Positions 11,967 to 25,504 of a DNA stretch of 64,000 bases are shown piece by piece (position 1 is the stretch's first letter; each line of letters begins with the position of its first letter). Below the pieces are notes generated by a model. That model had not been told where the DNA came from. It saw nothing but the letters and a program-made list of their open reading frames with translations, and did no database searches. The stretch spans positions 76,200,210 to 76,264,209 of the forward strand of contig NC_057718.1 of assembly GCF_004010195.1 (NCBI RefSeq), given 5' to 3'. The stretch is from Chiloscyllium plagiosum (lineage: Eukaryota). Made by a program: the position numbers and the translations under genes.

Positions 11967-12287
11967 GGGCGGCATGGTGGCACAGTGGTTAGCACTGCTG
12001 CCTCACAGCACCAGAGACCCGGGTTCAATTCCCGCCTCAGGCGACTAACTGCTTGGAGTTTGCACATTCTCCCAGTGTCTGCGTGGGTTTCCTCTGGGTG
12101 CTCCGGTTTCCTCCCACAGTCCAAAAATGTGCAGGTTAGGTGAATTGGCCATGTTTAATTGCCTGTAGTGTTAGGGCCGGGGTAAATGTAGGGGAATGGG
12201 TGAGTGGGTTGCGCTTCGGCAGGTCGGTGTGGACTTGTTGGGCCGAAGGGCCTGTTTCCACACTAAGTAATCTAATCTAATCTAATC
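11967..12287 (+). mobile_element. HE1-type tRNA-derived SINE, full length
   Basis: A box tggcacagtgg, B box ggttcaattcc, a CR1-like 3' end and a (taatc)n tail. Nearly identical to 29028-29351. Confidence 0.9.
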
Positions 12288-12649
12288 ATCCCATCAATTT
12301 GTAAGATTATTTTTAAATCAACCATTTATCCATATATCTTGGAGAAGACACTCTCCAAGACTATTCCCCTGTTGTGGAGTCCATGTTTTTGATGCAACAA
12401 ACTGTCAAATAGTTGAAAACCAAAAAACAAACAAGCAGACTCAAAGGTATCCAGCCAAGATGATTTTTTTCAAGTAAAAGCTTCATGCAATTATTCTATG
12501 GGTTTATAAGGAAAAGTAACTCCAGGAATGCGACAAGTGTAATTAACTTCGAGAGAGATAAATCATACTCTAAGAAATGTTGAGGTAGTTCTCTCTTGCC
12601 CATTGCAGGAAAAATCCTGATATATATTCTCCTACTTCCAGTGGCTGAG

Positions 12650-12910
12650 GAAACCTCCCCGAGGTTTTATGCTTTCCAGAGGAATCTCCACAACACTCTC
12701 TGTTGCCAAACAAATCCTAGATAAATATCAAGAACACCACGAAGAACTCTCATTCTATTCATCAACCAGTAAATTGTTAGGCTATGTGGATTCTGCTCCT
12801 AGCAACCTCATTATAATCCTGCAATTGCTTAGTAATCATGTAACTGCTTTCTTGAGTGGGAGATCTGATTCAGATGCCTTCAAATTCCAAAACAAGGTCA
12901 AGTAAGCCAT
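12650..12910 (+). mobile_element. Decayed RTE-clade LINE fragment
   Basis: The translation RGISTTLSVAKQILDKYQEH...SDAFKFQNKVK resembles RTE RT motifs. Confidence 0.45.
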
Positions 12911-13942
12911 GATAGGATCTTATAAACAGGAGCTAAGAGAAAGAAAGGGGAGGGCAGGATATTGCACCTCCTCTGGCATTCAAAAACATGATTTCTGATC
13001 TCATCATGACTGTAGTTTGCAGCTTGACCTTAGACTCCTTTCTGAATCAAAAAATCTTGAATTCAATATTGAAAATGTTCAATGATTGCAGCATGTAATG
13101 TTTTCTTGGAATGAATTCGGAGAGCTAATGATCCTCAAAGAAGAATTTCCTCTCCATTTGATATTAAGTGGGACAGCCCCTATTTTTAAACTATGCTCCC
13201 AAATTCTTCTATTGCCCAATGAGGGCAAGCATCATCCCAATATTTAACCCCTAAACTCATTCAGAGTTTTGTGTTTCAATACAATTTCATCTCATTCTTT
13301 CAGACTTCAGTGATATGAGGAAGAATGAACCTGGTGAACTTTCTCTGACGGTTGAAGTGACTGGACTTCAGAAGTTTGTAATTTACTCTTACAGTCCTCA
13401 GCTTACATCTGAAGTTAAAGGAACTACATAAATCTATTTTCCTTTCCTTTCTCCCCTTTCCAAACCTTCCCTCCCTTCTAACCTTGCTCGTTACTTCTGC
13501 TTAACGTTCCTCCATCTTCTCCCTCTTACCTTGCACCTTCTAGTTGACAGTACAAATTGACTTAAGCTCCAGTCCAATTGCTGGAAAATAAATGATACTT
13601 GCCCTTGACCCTGTGTGTGTGAAATTGACTGGTTGACATCCACTCTCGAAAAGGATTCTAAACTTTCCAATAAAACAAGGTCATCTGCAACCTGGGAAAT
13701 GCCAGCAACTGGAATTGAAACCCTGCTTGTGCCAGTAATTTTTATCCCTTTACCTCCCCCCAAACAGATGTGCTAAGAACCTAAATATGGATTTTGTTCT
13801 ATTGTTCTGTTTCTTGAAACTTAATTTCCCTGCCTTACATTCACATCCCAAGATACGGTTACGTTTATTTTTTAAAATTACTATGGTATGGCAACAAAAG
13901 ACAAAGCTTCAACAAAATTAAAACTTCCAAGACCACACTTAC

Positions 13943-14113
13943 AATGACAGGTTCCAATACTGTTGTGCGAAAGCTTCCTATTCGTATACTTCGACACTTG
14001 AGAATAATACTTTCACAGCTATTTTCCATTTGCAAACTAAGAGCATCCTTGTGTGTGTGAGTAGATTCAAATTTTCGTTTTTTGCCCACTGTGTCATGGT
14101 ATGAATTTCCAAA
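13943..14113 (-). CDS. SENP6: SENP6 coding exon (171 nt, phase 0 to 0): FGNSYHDTVGKKRKF...ESIILKCRSIRIGSFRTTVLEPVI
   Basis: Acceptor ctatttacag and donor ATT|gtaagt. Matches FGNS...KRRK...[23 protein letters not shown]. Confidence 0.95.
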
Positions 14114-15690
14114 CTGTAAATAGAGTAAAGACAAAAAGAGTTTTTAAATGCAAATTGAAAACCAGAATACTGTTCAGAAAATTTTGGACTTGACATCTAT
14201 CTGATTAAGTTAAGAAAACAAATTTATACCAAATGAGTTTCTTTAACATTCTGTTTGTTACAAATGATATACTTTAAATATAAATCTTTAGAGAACCGAC
14301 ACTTAAGTTGATGTGTACTGTTAATGCTTTCTTGTCCCTATCCCTCAGCTTACTTCAGCCAGTACATGGTATAAGAACTAAACTTCTTGTTACTATTACT
14401 ATGGAAGATAAATGTTTCTTAAATAAACTGCTTTCTGGAGCAAACTAGAATTGCATGTTAGCAATATCCATGCTACTAGATTTACGAGATGTAAATAATT
14501 TTAGAATTCGTATTTTAATGGATCAAATAATAACTTCAATTACAAAAACTTTCTTATAGTAATTCATATTTTTCCACTTTGTGAACCTGGTGGGCAATGC
14601 AACATGTGTGGAAACTAAATGGAAGTGGATTTCACACATTTGGCAAGATTATCCCACCTTTTTTGGGATGACAATCTGTGAATGAAATAAATGAGCACAC
14701 ATGTTACTTATATTTTCAATGCTTCTCGTATACAAAGAGATCACCCTGATGATTAGAAATTAACACTGGCCTAAAGTCTGAGAAATTACAAACAGCTACG
14801 TTGACCCCATTTCACAATTCAGTCTCAACTACTTTTACCTGCCTAAAGTCCGTACCACTTAGCCGACAAATGTTTTACTTTCGCAATGTTACAAGCTCAA
14901 ACTATCCCAACATTTACAGCTTTCTGGAAAACAGAATTCAAATTTCCATTAGCCTTCATGTGAAGAGATAGTTAAAGTGGTCTAGGTCTACCTTTAAGGT
15001 TATGACACCTCATTCTTGATTCCCCATTAAATGGATTGTCTCATAATCACTCTGTTTACTTTCAATATTTTAAAGCATAGCAATCAGATTACCCCTTAAC
15101 TTTCTACAATCAAGCCAAACTTATTCAACCTGCCTTCAAAGTTTAAACCTCAAATCAGTCTGCATCATGCCCAATTCCAGAGGCAAATTATTCTGATGCA
15201 AGCTTATTTCACTTTTGAAGGGGATAGAAGACAAGTGCATCATCTCTGTTGCAACAATGGTGTGAGCAATCTAACTTTCCAAACTTCTCCCACCATGTTC
15301 AGGATCAATTCCTGTAGGCGGAGTATTCTGCCTACGAATTAGGAGCTGCATCTACATTCTCACATGCCCTCACAGAACTACCCCTGGAGCTGAGTTACTC
15401 CACTTACTGACTAATGCCGTTGCTAACCATTTTGAAATGAGGTACATCAATTCATTCCAACACACTATATTGTTCTGATGCTAACATTTCTTTCTTGGGC
15501 ATGTTGCAGCGTTCCAGTGAAGCAAAGTAGTGAAACAGCACTCATTTTCTGCTTAGACACTTTCCAGCCTTCAGTTCAACAATACAGAGTTCACCAACTG
15601 TGAACTCAAAACTCCATTTTGATTGAAGCCCACTCCTCTCACCTTGTTTGCAAGGGTTTGCTCTTAACAGAGCTTTTTTTGGGGGCTATA

Positions 15691-16650
15691 TTTACGATGC
15701 GGAGGTTGAACCCCTCTTAATTAAAACCAAACACTCAGAAAAGCTCAAGATTAGAGTGGTGCTGGAAATGCACAGCAGGTCACGCAGCATCCGAGGAACA
15801 GGAAAATCGCGTTTCAGGCAGGAGCCCTTCACTCAGAAATGCTTGCCTTGCCTTGTAATCTTTAAAATGTGAGTGATTAATAAAAAACTCCTAATTTCCA
15901 CTATTTAAAGAAAAATAACAATTTATTTTCCTAACCATAATAGTGGACAATAAACAAAAACTATTCACAAATCCAAGACCCCTCATCTTAGCTACTTACT
16001 ACCTGATGCCAAATCTATAAAAATGCTATTCCAACAACACACTTAAAGATTACATTAACTTAATCTCAAGTCCACACACACTGTCTTCTCTGCTGTCTTC
16101 AATCTTCCATCTGATCTCCCTGGGTTACATAGAAACATAGAAAAATACAGTGCAGTACAGGCCCTTTGGCCCTCGATGTTGCGCCGATCCAAGCCCACCT
16201 AACCTACACTAGCCCACTATCCTCCATATGCCTATCCAATGTCCATTTAAATGCTTATAAAGAGGGAGAGTCCACCACTGCTACTGGCAGGGCATTCCAT
16301 GAACTCACGACTCGCTGAGTAAAGAATCTACCCCTAACATCTGTCCTATACCTACCACCCCTTAATTTAAGGCTATGCCCCCTCGTAATAGCTGACTCCA
16401 TACGTGAAAAAATGTTCTCATGGTCTTTCTTTTATTGTCTTTCTTTTTACTGCGAGTACATTTTATGTGAAAAGATACCTTTTTTGATAGTGTGTCTTAT
16501 TTCTTTGAGAGCAAAATGTTAGATGGGCAGTCAGCTCTACAGCAGTTGCTCTCTGACTAAACCTTCAAAATGTCCTGGCTTTATACTCCCCAGTGTCGTT
16601 CCCAAGCTCCAAGTCACTATCATTCACTGCATAAGTGATGTTTCTTCACA
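15691..16650 (-). mobile_element. Probable second solo LTR related to 3795-4488, with nested PLE (about 15746-15829) and CR1 3' (about 16128-16425) inserts; right boundary uncertain
   Basis: 15691-15745 resembles the reverse complement of 4430-4488. The nested PLE insert is flanked by a near-duplicated cactcagaaa(a/t)gct. Confidence 0.5.
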
Positions 16651-16767
16651 TTTCCCTGCATCTCTTAACCAAAATCTAACCCTTATCTCTCCTCCTCGCA
16701 ATCAAATGTGACCAGTTTTCTTTGTCTAACTTATTTAAACTGGTTGGAGGAACCCAGAGGAAGCTTG

Positions 16768-16895
16768 GAGAAAGTGAGGACTGCAGATGCTGGAAATCGA
16801 GTTGAGTGTGTGTTGCTGGAAAAGCACAGCAGGTCAGAAAGCATCTAAGGATCAGGAGAATCGACATTTCGGGCATGAGCCCTTCATCAGAAATG
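16768..16895 (-). mobile_element. Short PLE-derived insert with a hammerhead motif at 16863-16890
   Basis: Minus strand reads CTGATGAAGGGCTCATGCCCGAAATGTC, followed by the family 3' body. Confidence 0.82.
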
Positions 16896-17159
16896 AGCTT
16901 GTACATATTATATAATTTTCCTTTAATCCAGGATGAACATTTCCAATTTTGTTACCTTAAGCTTTTAGCTAAAATTCTCATTCTTGGAATCGTTGCACAT
17001 GTCCTCTGCATCCTCTCAAGCACTTTCACATGTTTTTTTCCAGGGTCCACTTCACTTAATTATGGCTTAACCAGGATTTTATAGGGATTTCTTTCAGACA
17101 CAATCTCCCTCTGTATACCGCTCCTGTTCCCAATATCTTAGAAAGGCCAAGAAAGAAAT

Positions 17160-17508
17160 AGATCGTAGAATCCCTAAAGTGTGGAAACAGGCCAATTGGC
17201 CCAAAAAGCCCACACTGACCCTCTGAAGAGTAACACATCCAGACCCACTGCCCTACCCTATTACTCCACACTTCCCCTCATTAATACACCAAACATAAAC
17301 ATCTCTGAACACTATGGGCAATTTAGCATGGTCAATTTACCCAACCTGCACATCTTTGGACTGTGGGAGGAAACTGGAGCACCCAGAGGAAGCTCACGTT
17401 GATAAGGAGAGAATGTCTGTGTGGAGTTTGCACATTCGTCCAAGGCTGGAATTGAACCCGGGTCCTTGCGCTGTGACAAAGCAGTGCTAACCAATGAGCC
17501 ACCATGCT
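17160..17508 (-). mobile_element. HE1-type SINE, diverged
   Basis: Reverse complement of the 11967-12287 consensus (ggaattgaacccgggtcc; ggaggaaactggagcaccc). Confidence 0.85.
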
Positions 17509-18343
17509 AAAATGTTTTGTTGGGTTTTATCATTTCCCTTCTCCTAGTTTAATTGCCTTATATACTTTAGTTTCTCCTTACTTGTGAAGCCTAAATGCAC
17601 AATTTTTTCTGCATTCTCTTCCTATATTTTTTTCTAACTATTACCTAATTCACCTGTTCCAACCAAGTACTCCACTGCTCGCTCATTCTTTCCGCTCGCA
17701 CACTGGCACAAACACTGTTCAAATGGAAGTGATCCCAGGTTTTCATGCCTCAATATTAGTGCTGGTTCTATCAAATATAATCCCTCTTTTCCACATGCCA
17801 CCAGGAACAAAATGCACCTCTTCCACCATGTCCTTTACAAAATGTCCTGGAAAAGTTTCACAAGTTGAAAAAATCAAAATTCTTTTCAAATTTACATGAT
17901 GCCAATGAAATTCACTACCCCTTCAAAATATTAATTATTCTACCGACAGATATCAACTTCTATCTAGGGGAATAAAGAGTTAAACTAAGACAGATAAACA
18001 TTTCTCCTATGATGTACTCCACTGAACAAAAACAGTTTTGATAACGGTGACACAATTCTTGCCAAGTCAAAGTATGCCACAGCATACTGAGAAAAGAGGA
18101 ACTTTTCTATGGTGTGCCGGCCAATAACAATCATAAAACCAATTCCATAATTAACAGATTATCTGATTATTGTCTTATTCCTGTTTCAGAACTTGTCTCG
18201 TTCAAATTCGCTGCTTTATTTCCATTAATAATGGTATGTCTAACAAAGTTTATCTTTGAAAAGTGCTATTTAAATTATAGGATTTTTTTTGTTGTTTCAT
18301 AGATAACAAATGTCAGAGTATCTAAAGCTTTGCTTTTTATTAC

Positions 18344-18597
18344 CTTGTCTTTCATTTTTGCCTTTCTTGGCAACGTAGCTGTAGATTCCACTTCTGTGAG
18401 TACATTTTCAGAAATCTGTTCTGCTGCTTTTCCATCAGGAGGCTCTTCTAAGACAGGTTCTAAGGGTCTAGTGGAGGGTACAGGAGAAAGACTTGCAGTG
18501 TCAGTAACTCTACCAGTAGAATGAACACTGTCCATTCTACTACTTCCGGTACTGGCATTATCATCTTCTTCCTCTTCATCATCACTGGACAGCACAA
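18344..18597 (-). CDS. SENP6: SENP6 coding exon (254 nt, phase 1 to 0): IVLSSDDEEEEDDN...TATLPRKAKMKDK, containing a SIM plus acidic tract
   Basis: Acceptor tttttgcccag and donor AAG|gtaata. Matches IILSSDDDDD...TVTLPRKARMKDQ. Confidence 0.95.
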
Positions 18598-19169
18598 CTG
18601 GGCAAAAATTACAAAATTAGTGCACAGAAGCAAACCTAATAACATTCCCCTTGTTTTAACAAGGAACATTTCACTCATACATCATAACATCACAGAACAG
18701 CTGCAATCTGTAAAAGCACTTTGAAAGAAATTCTGTAAATATAATTTCATGCATCTTGAGCTGTTAAAGATGATGCAAACTTTTGCATAGGATAAGTTTT
18801 TAGTCACAGAACAAAAAAAAAGATAAATGCAGCAGAGGCAAAGGGAATGTAGCACCAAGATGATTGGTGACTTGACTCATCTTTGCCCATATCCCTCAAT
18901 GCCACAAATTAACACAAGTCCATCAATCGGTTTTAATTTAACAACTAATTGAACAACAGTTTGTGGAAGATTATTCAAAACCTGTTTCGCTGCGTAAAAA
19001 TGTTTTCTAATTTTACCTTGGAAGGCTTAAATTTAATTTTGCTATTCTTTCAAGCTCTAAGCATAGCAATCAGCAGAAATGTTTTCTCACTATCTTCCCT
19101 ATCCAATTCTTTGATGCCTTGAAAGGTTCTATCGAATCATTCCGTAACGTTCTTCATTCTTCACTCATC

Positions 19170-20650
19170 TTTGTGTAGATTTATTTATCATTTACGGGAT
19201 CTGGGCTTCACTGACTATGCCAGCTGTAATTAGCCACCTGCAATTACCCTCGAGAAGATGGAGGAGAGCTGCCTTCTTGAATTGCTGCAGTCCAGTCGAT
19301 ATAGCTAGACTTGCAGCGTTGTTAGGAAAGGAACTCCAGGATTTAGACCCAGCAAAACTGAAGGGATGAAGATATAGCTCCAAGTCAGGATGGCAAGTGA
19401 CTTGGAGGGGAACTTACAAGTGGTAACGTTCCCATCTGGTGTACTTGCCCTTCTAGATGGATGAGAGTTTGGAAGTTCTGTACAAGGAGATTTGCTCAAT
19501 TTCTGCAGCATATCTTGTAGATAGTACACACTGCTTCTACTGTGCACCAGAGATGGGGGTAGTGAATGTCTTTAAATGTGGTGCCAACCAAGCGAGTTGC
19601 TTTGTCCTGGATGGTGACAACGTTCTCGAATGTTGCATTTGAGTTGCATTTAGACAAGTGGGAGTACTCCATCACACTCCTGACTTCTACCTTGTAGTTA
19701 GTGGACAGGCTTTGAAGAGGCAGGTGAGTTACTCAGTAATCCTCGCTGCAGTAAGGGCTGATGAAGGGCTTCTGACCGAAACGTCGATTTTCCTGCTCCT
19801 GGATGCTGCCCAACCTGCTGTGCTTTTCCAGCATCACTCTAATCTTGACAGTATTTATACAGCTAGTCCAGTTCAGTTTCTGGTCAAAGGAAATTCTCAT
19901 GATGTGTATATAGGGATTCAACAATACTAATGTAAAGGAGCAAAGGTGGGATTTACTCTTGTTAGAGATTGTCATTACTTAGCATTTGTATGGTTCAAAT
20001 GTCATTTGCCACTGTCAACCCAAATCTATATATTATCTAGGTCTTGCTGCATTTGGACATGGAATGCTTCAGTTTCTGAGCAGACATGAATGGTGATGAA
20101 CACTGTGCACTCAGCGAACATGCCCCTTCAGACCTTATGATGGAGAGAAGTCATTGATGAAGCAGCTGAAGATGGCTGAGCCTGGGACACTAGCCTGAGG
20201 AACTCTTGTTGAGATTCCCTGGAACAAGGCTGACTGACCTCCATCACAACTATCTTCTGTTGAGCCAGCATGCTTCCTCCGATTCATATCCACGCCAGTT
20301 TTGCTAGGGCTCCTTAATACCACACACAGTTAACAGTGCTATCAAGCAGCACTTGCTCCCAAAGCAACTCACACTTGACTGTAAATCACAGTACTACCAC
20401 ACCCGTTGACCGTGAGTTCGGAAATACCCAGTTATGGAGATGCTGTTGAACATTATAAGTAAGATATGATTCCAGGAACATGATTTTGTCAGGGCATTGC
20501 TTGACCAGACTGTAAGAGAGTTCTCCCCCATTTCAGCATAGTTGGTAAGGAGAGCTGTGCAAGATCAACAGAGCTGGGTTTGCTGTTGTCATTTTTGGTA
20601 CCCATGCAATCAGTTGGGTTTAATTTCTTGAGACGTTTTAGCATTTGATA
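19170..20650 (-). mobile_element. Decayed LINE (CR1/L2 group), with a PLE insert at about 19756-19848
   Basis: RT motif VPQASVPGSAIFSCFINDF in ORF 20135..20323. The PLE insert begins at ctgatgaagggcttctgaccgaaacgtc (19758-19785). Confidence 0.65.
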
Positions 20651-22575
20651 CAGCTAAATTGCTTGCTTGGCCACTTCAGAGGGTGGTTACGATTCAACTA
20701 CATCCAAAGTGGACAATCTTGTATTTGTCTAATTTGAAGTAAACTTGTCACTGATTTGCTATTGTTACTAGTGATAAATTATAGCCCACCGATTTTCAAA
20801 TTTCAACTTGAGTTTTGAGATTTTTATGGACTGAAATGTTTTCAGGGTCAAAAATACTGACTTAAAAATGGCATTGCTAGTCACCTAACCAGAGGTTGAA
20901 TCAAGTTTCAGGAAGCTATCAAAGAGCAGTCTGATCTCCACTAAACATTTTTATTAACAGAGATTGAAACCAGTCAAACATGAAGAAACTAGTTTTGTCT
21001 ATTTGTTTTCCTTCACTCCAGAAAACCCTGAAGATGGTTCCTGGTTGCTTCTGGTAAACTAGATATCTACAGTTCCTATTGGAATCAGATAGAGTTACAT
21101 ACGAAAAATAAAATTTAAAAACATTGTGTGGCCAAAAGGAGAAGGGTGAAAAATAATGCCAATTCTTCCATTTTCACCTGGCTGTGACACTCAATTATTT
21201 TGTATTCTTCTGATTCCATTTAATTGTTTACAATATCACCCATCCTTGGGTGACCAGAAAATTTTGTTAAATAGCTTCCTACCTTATCATCTAACTCAGT
21301 AACAAATATGGTGAGTAACTGAGAACCAAAATGTGGCGCACATGAATCATAGTAATCTTCAATTTCAAATTCAGATAAATATCAGGATCGTCATCAAACA
21401 TCTTGTGAAAGCAAACATAAAATATGTTTAAAGATACTATCCTGTTCACTGCTTTAGTCATCTCTTCAAAAACCCAAATCAGGTTTGTCAAGCACTATCT
21501 ACTTTTGATAAATGGAGATACCCTGGGAATCATTGCTAGGACCCCTGCCCAATTCTCTAGACCTTGGTATACACATATAATTAAAAATATTTAGTTTCTA
21601 CAAAGCTTGGAAGTATTGTTAACCTTGAGGAGAATAGCATAGCTTCAAAATGATAGACAGGTTGGTCAAGTCCAGAAAAATCTGGCAATGTGCCTGAATG
21701 ACAACCACTCAGTAGCTCTGACACCCATTATTATGAAGTGCTTCAAGAGATTAGTAACGGTACACGTTAACTCCAGCTGCCCAGAATGGCTTGATCCACT
21801 GCAATTTGCTTACCATCACAATAGATCCACAAAACGACAACTCCCTGACCCTACACTCATCCCTGGAACATCTGGATAACAAGGACACCTATGTCAGACT
21901 CCTATTTATTGAACTTAGCTCCACCTTCAACACCATAATTCCAACAAAACTCACCTCGAAACGTTGACACCTGAGACTCTGCTTACCCTCCTGCAGTTGG
22001 ATCCTCAGCTTCCTGACCGCCGACCATAATCAGTAAGGATAGGCAACTACACCTCCTCCCCAATAATTCTCAACACTGATGCCCCGCAAGGCTGTGTTGT
22101 CAGCCCCTTACTGTACTCCTCCTCCACTCATGACTATGACCAAATTCAACCTTAACTCAATTTACAAATTTGCTGATGACACCACCATAGTGGGTTGGAT
22201 TTCAAACAATGAGAAGGCAGAGTACAGGAAAGAGATAGACAAGTTAAGGGCATGGTGTAAAGAAAACACTCTCTCCCTAAATGTCAGCAAAATGAAAGAG
22301 CTGGTCATTGAATTCAGGAAGTGGAGTGGAGGACACGTCCATTTGCAATTAATGGTGCTGAGGTGGAAGTGGTTAGGGCTTCAAGTTCCTAGGAGTAAAT
22401 ATCTTGGTCCACACACATTGACTCCACAGTCAGGAAAGTACACCAATGCCTTTACTTCCTCAGGAGGCTAAGAAAACCTGGCATGTTCACAATGATTCTT
22501 ACCACTTGTTTTACAGATGCACCACAGAAAGCATTCTATCTGGATTCATTACAGCTTGGTATGGCAACTGCTCTG

Positions 22576-22712
22576 GTAAAAACAATGACTGCAGATGCTG
22601 GAAACCAGATTCTGGATTAGAGTGGTGCTGGAAAAGCACAGTAGTTCAGGCAGCATCCGAGGAGCAGGGAAATCGACGTTTCGGGCAAAAGCCCTTCATC
22701 AGGAAAGAGCAA
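22576..22712 (-). mobile_element. Short PLE-derived insert
   Basis: A 15-bp TSD atggcaactgctctg at 22561-22575 and 22713-22727 duplicates the host Rex1 GNCS codons. Confidence 0.88.
22675..22702 (-). ncRNA. Minimal type I hammerhead ribozyme motif, intact core
   Basis: Minus strand reads CUGAUGA-A-GGGC-UUUU-GCCC-GAAAC-GUC. Confidence 0.72.
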
Positions 22713-24159
22713 ATGGCAACTGCTCTGCCCAAGACCATAAGAAATTACAGCAAGCTGTGAATACAGCTCAATTCATCATGAAAACCAGCTTTCCTTCCAA
22801 CGACTTAGACCATTCCTCCTGATGCCTGGGAAAGCTGCCAATAAAATCAAAGACCCCAGTTATACTTTTTGCCACCTTCTTCCATTGGGCAGAAAATACA
22901 AAACTTTGAAAACACGTACCAGCAGATTTGACAGCTTCTTCCCTGCTGATTATCAGACTTATGAATGGACCTCACATTTCTCAGAGTTGATCTTTCTTTG
23001 GACCATCTCTGTCGCTGTGACACTATATTCTGCATTTTGCTCTATTACTCAGAAGTATTTACACATAAGGTATGCTTTGTCTTGTTAGCACACAAAATGA
23101 TACTTCTCAGTGTATCGCGGTACATGTGACAATAATATATCAAATCAAAGTGGGAAGATGTGACAAATGCAACATAATGACATATTAAATGACTTAATTT
23201 TGGTATGAAAAAAATTGCAGAGACAGGATAGAAAGGGTACAGTTCCTAAGGGAATGCAAGAGCAAAAGGACCTGTGTTTATATGTGCCTAGGTTACTAAA
23301 GGTTCCAGTGCAGGTTGCGACGTGATCAAGAAAGCTTGTTTTACTTGACTTTCACTCTTTGCTCTTAAGACACCATTTCTCAACTCTTTCCAGTGCCTGA
23401 AACATGCTCACTCCTGGGCTGTCCAAAAATATCTTTCAAATGTGCTATAACACAGACTTAGCCTAATCTCTAGTTCCATCTCATCCTCAGGGCCTCTCCC
23501 AGTTTACTTACAGGGAATCAAGCACACAGCATCAATTCATTGCTTGGAGCCTCCTCTTCTAGTTTTCTGCCAGTGGTCCCATGCTATTGTCTCCCCATCT
23601 GGTCTTTCAGGAGATTTACCCTTTCTTTCTAGTTTTTGTTAGTTTTGGTGGTGTCTTGGTTTCTTCAGGTGTTTCAGTTGCTTTTTTCATAATTCCGGAT
23701 TCATCTTCAATTTCTTCTGATCACTTTTGCAACCATCTTTTCACTAACCTGGAATCACTCCTGGATCTTGTGCACTCCTATTATAGAGCCCATAGTAAGT
23801 CCCGCGACTCCTGATTTTCGCTTGCTTGGTTAATACACATCTGATTGGCCAGATGGCCAGGTCCATTAACTGTTTAAGAGGAATGCTGGAGCGAATGCGT
23901 GCGACCTGCCTCACTGCACGAAACTGGCAGGAGTCTCAGCCACCTGCAGATACAATTCTCTGCCTCCATCTGGAAACACAGTAAACTTAGTTTCATAACA
24001 ATTTCATATGCACTGTCTGGATGGATGAAGCAGGATCACTTAAGGTTTTTAAAAGGGAACTGAACATCATTTGCAAACAGAAAGATTTGCAGGGTGACAG
24101 GAAAATGGTAAGGGAGTGATAAGAAATGAATTGCTACTTCAGAGGGTCAGCACACAGAT

Positions 24160-25340
24160 AAGACCATAAGACATAGAAGCGGAAATAAGGTCATCATCCC
24201 ATCAAGTCTGCTCCACCATTCAATCATGGCTGATAAGTTTCTCAACCTCATTCTCCTGCTTGCTGCCTGTAACCCTTGATCCCCTGGATAATCAAGAACC
24301 TATCTATCTCCATCTTAAATATACTCATTGACCTGGTCTCCACAGCCTTCTGTGGCAAAGAATTCCATAGATTCACCACTATCTGGCTGAAGAGGTCTCT
24401 CTTTATCTCCATTCTAAAAGGTTATGCCCTTGGGTCCTGGTCTCTCCTACCAATGGAGACACCTTCCCAACATCTACGCCATTCAGTACTCTAAGTTTCA
24501 ATTAGATCCCCCTCATTCTTCTAAACTCCAAGTATAAACCCAGCATCCTCAAACGATCTTCATATACTAAGTGTTTCATTCCTGGGACCATTTTCATGAA
24601 CCTCCTCTGAACACACTCCCGGGCCAGTACATCCTTTTTGAGACATGAGGCCCAATACTGCATATAGTACTCTAAATGTGATCTGACCAGAACCTTTTAG
24701 AGCTTCAGAAGTACACCCCTGCTTTTATATTCAAGTGCTCTCAAAATAAATGCCATCACTGCATTTGCCTTCCTAATTACTGACTCAACCTGCAAGTTCA
24801 TCTTGAGAGAATCCTGGACTAGAACTCCCAAGTCTCTTTGCACTTTAGGTTTCTGAATTTTCTCCCCATTTAGAATATAGTCCATGCTTCTATTCTTCCT
24901 GCTAAAGTGCATGACCTCACACTTTCCTACATTGTACTCCATCTGCCACTTCTTTGCCCACTCTTCTAACCTGTCCAAATCCTTCTCCAGCCTCCCCACC
25001 TCCTCAATGTCACCTGTCCTTCTATCTATCTTTGTATCATCTGCAAACTTAGCCAGAATGCCTTCAGTTCCTTCATCCAGTTCATTAACATATAAAATGA
25101 AAAGTTGTAGTCCCAAAACTGAGCCTTGCAGCACACCACTTGCCACCAGCTGCCATCCTGAAGGACCCTTTTATTCTCAAGCTCTGCTTTCTGCCAGACA
25201 GCCAAGCTTCTATCCATGCTAGCACCTTGCCTCTGACACCATAGGCCCTTATCTTACTCAGTAGCTTCCTGTGCGGCACCTTGTCAAAGGCCTTCTTGAA
25301 GTCCAGGTAGATGATATCTATCGGGTCTCCTTGGTCTAGG
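24160..25340 (-). mobile_element. CR1/HER1-type LINE, 5'-truncated
   Basis: ORF 24697..25146 contains SGVLQGSVLG...KFADDTK...WQMEYNVGKC. The 3' tail is at about 24160. Confidence 0.92.
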
Positions 25341-25456
25341 TGACTAGATTAATAACTAAATGGTCACCTTCTTATTTATATCCAATCTTGGATTCTAAAC
25401 CCTACCAACTGACATTGATCAGCAAAAATGTTTTCAAGAGGCTTTGTTGCCTTACT

Positions 25457-25504
25457 CTCAAGCATAGAGCTAAGCAATTTCTCAAGCATAGAGCTAAGCA
25501 ATTT
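25457..25504. repeat. Perfect 24-bp tandem duplication (ctcaagcatagagctaagcaattt x2)
   Basis: Read directly from the sequence. Confidence 0.9.

Larger units (their letters stand above)
21665..23145 (+). mobile_element. Rex1/Babar-clade LINE fragment with RT and 3' end, interrupted by a PLE insert
   Basis: Motifs [48 protein letters not shown] and ESILSGFITAWYGNC. Confidence 0.88.

Noticed and set aside
11967..12045. tRNA gene (also about 29028-29105)
   Set aside because: The A and B boxes continue into a SINE body and (taatc)n tail, so these are SINE heads.
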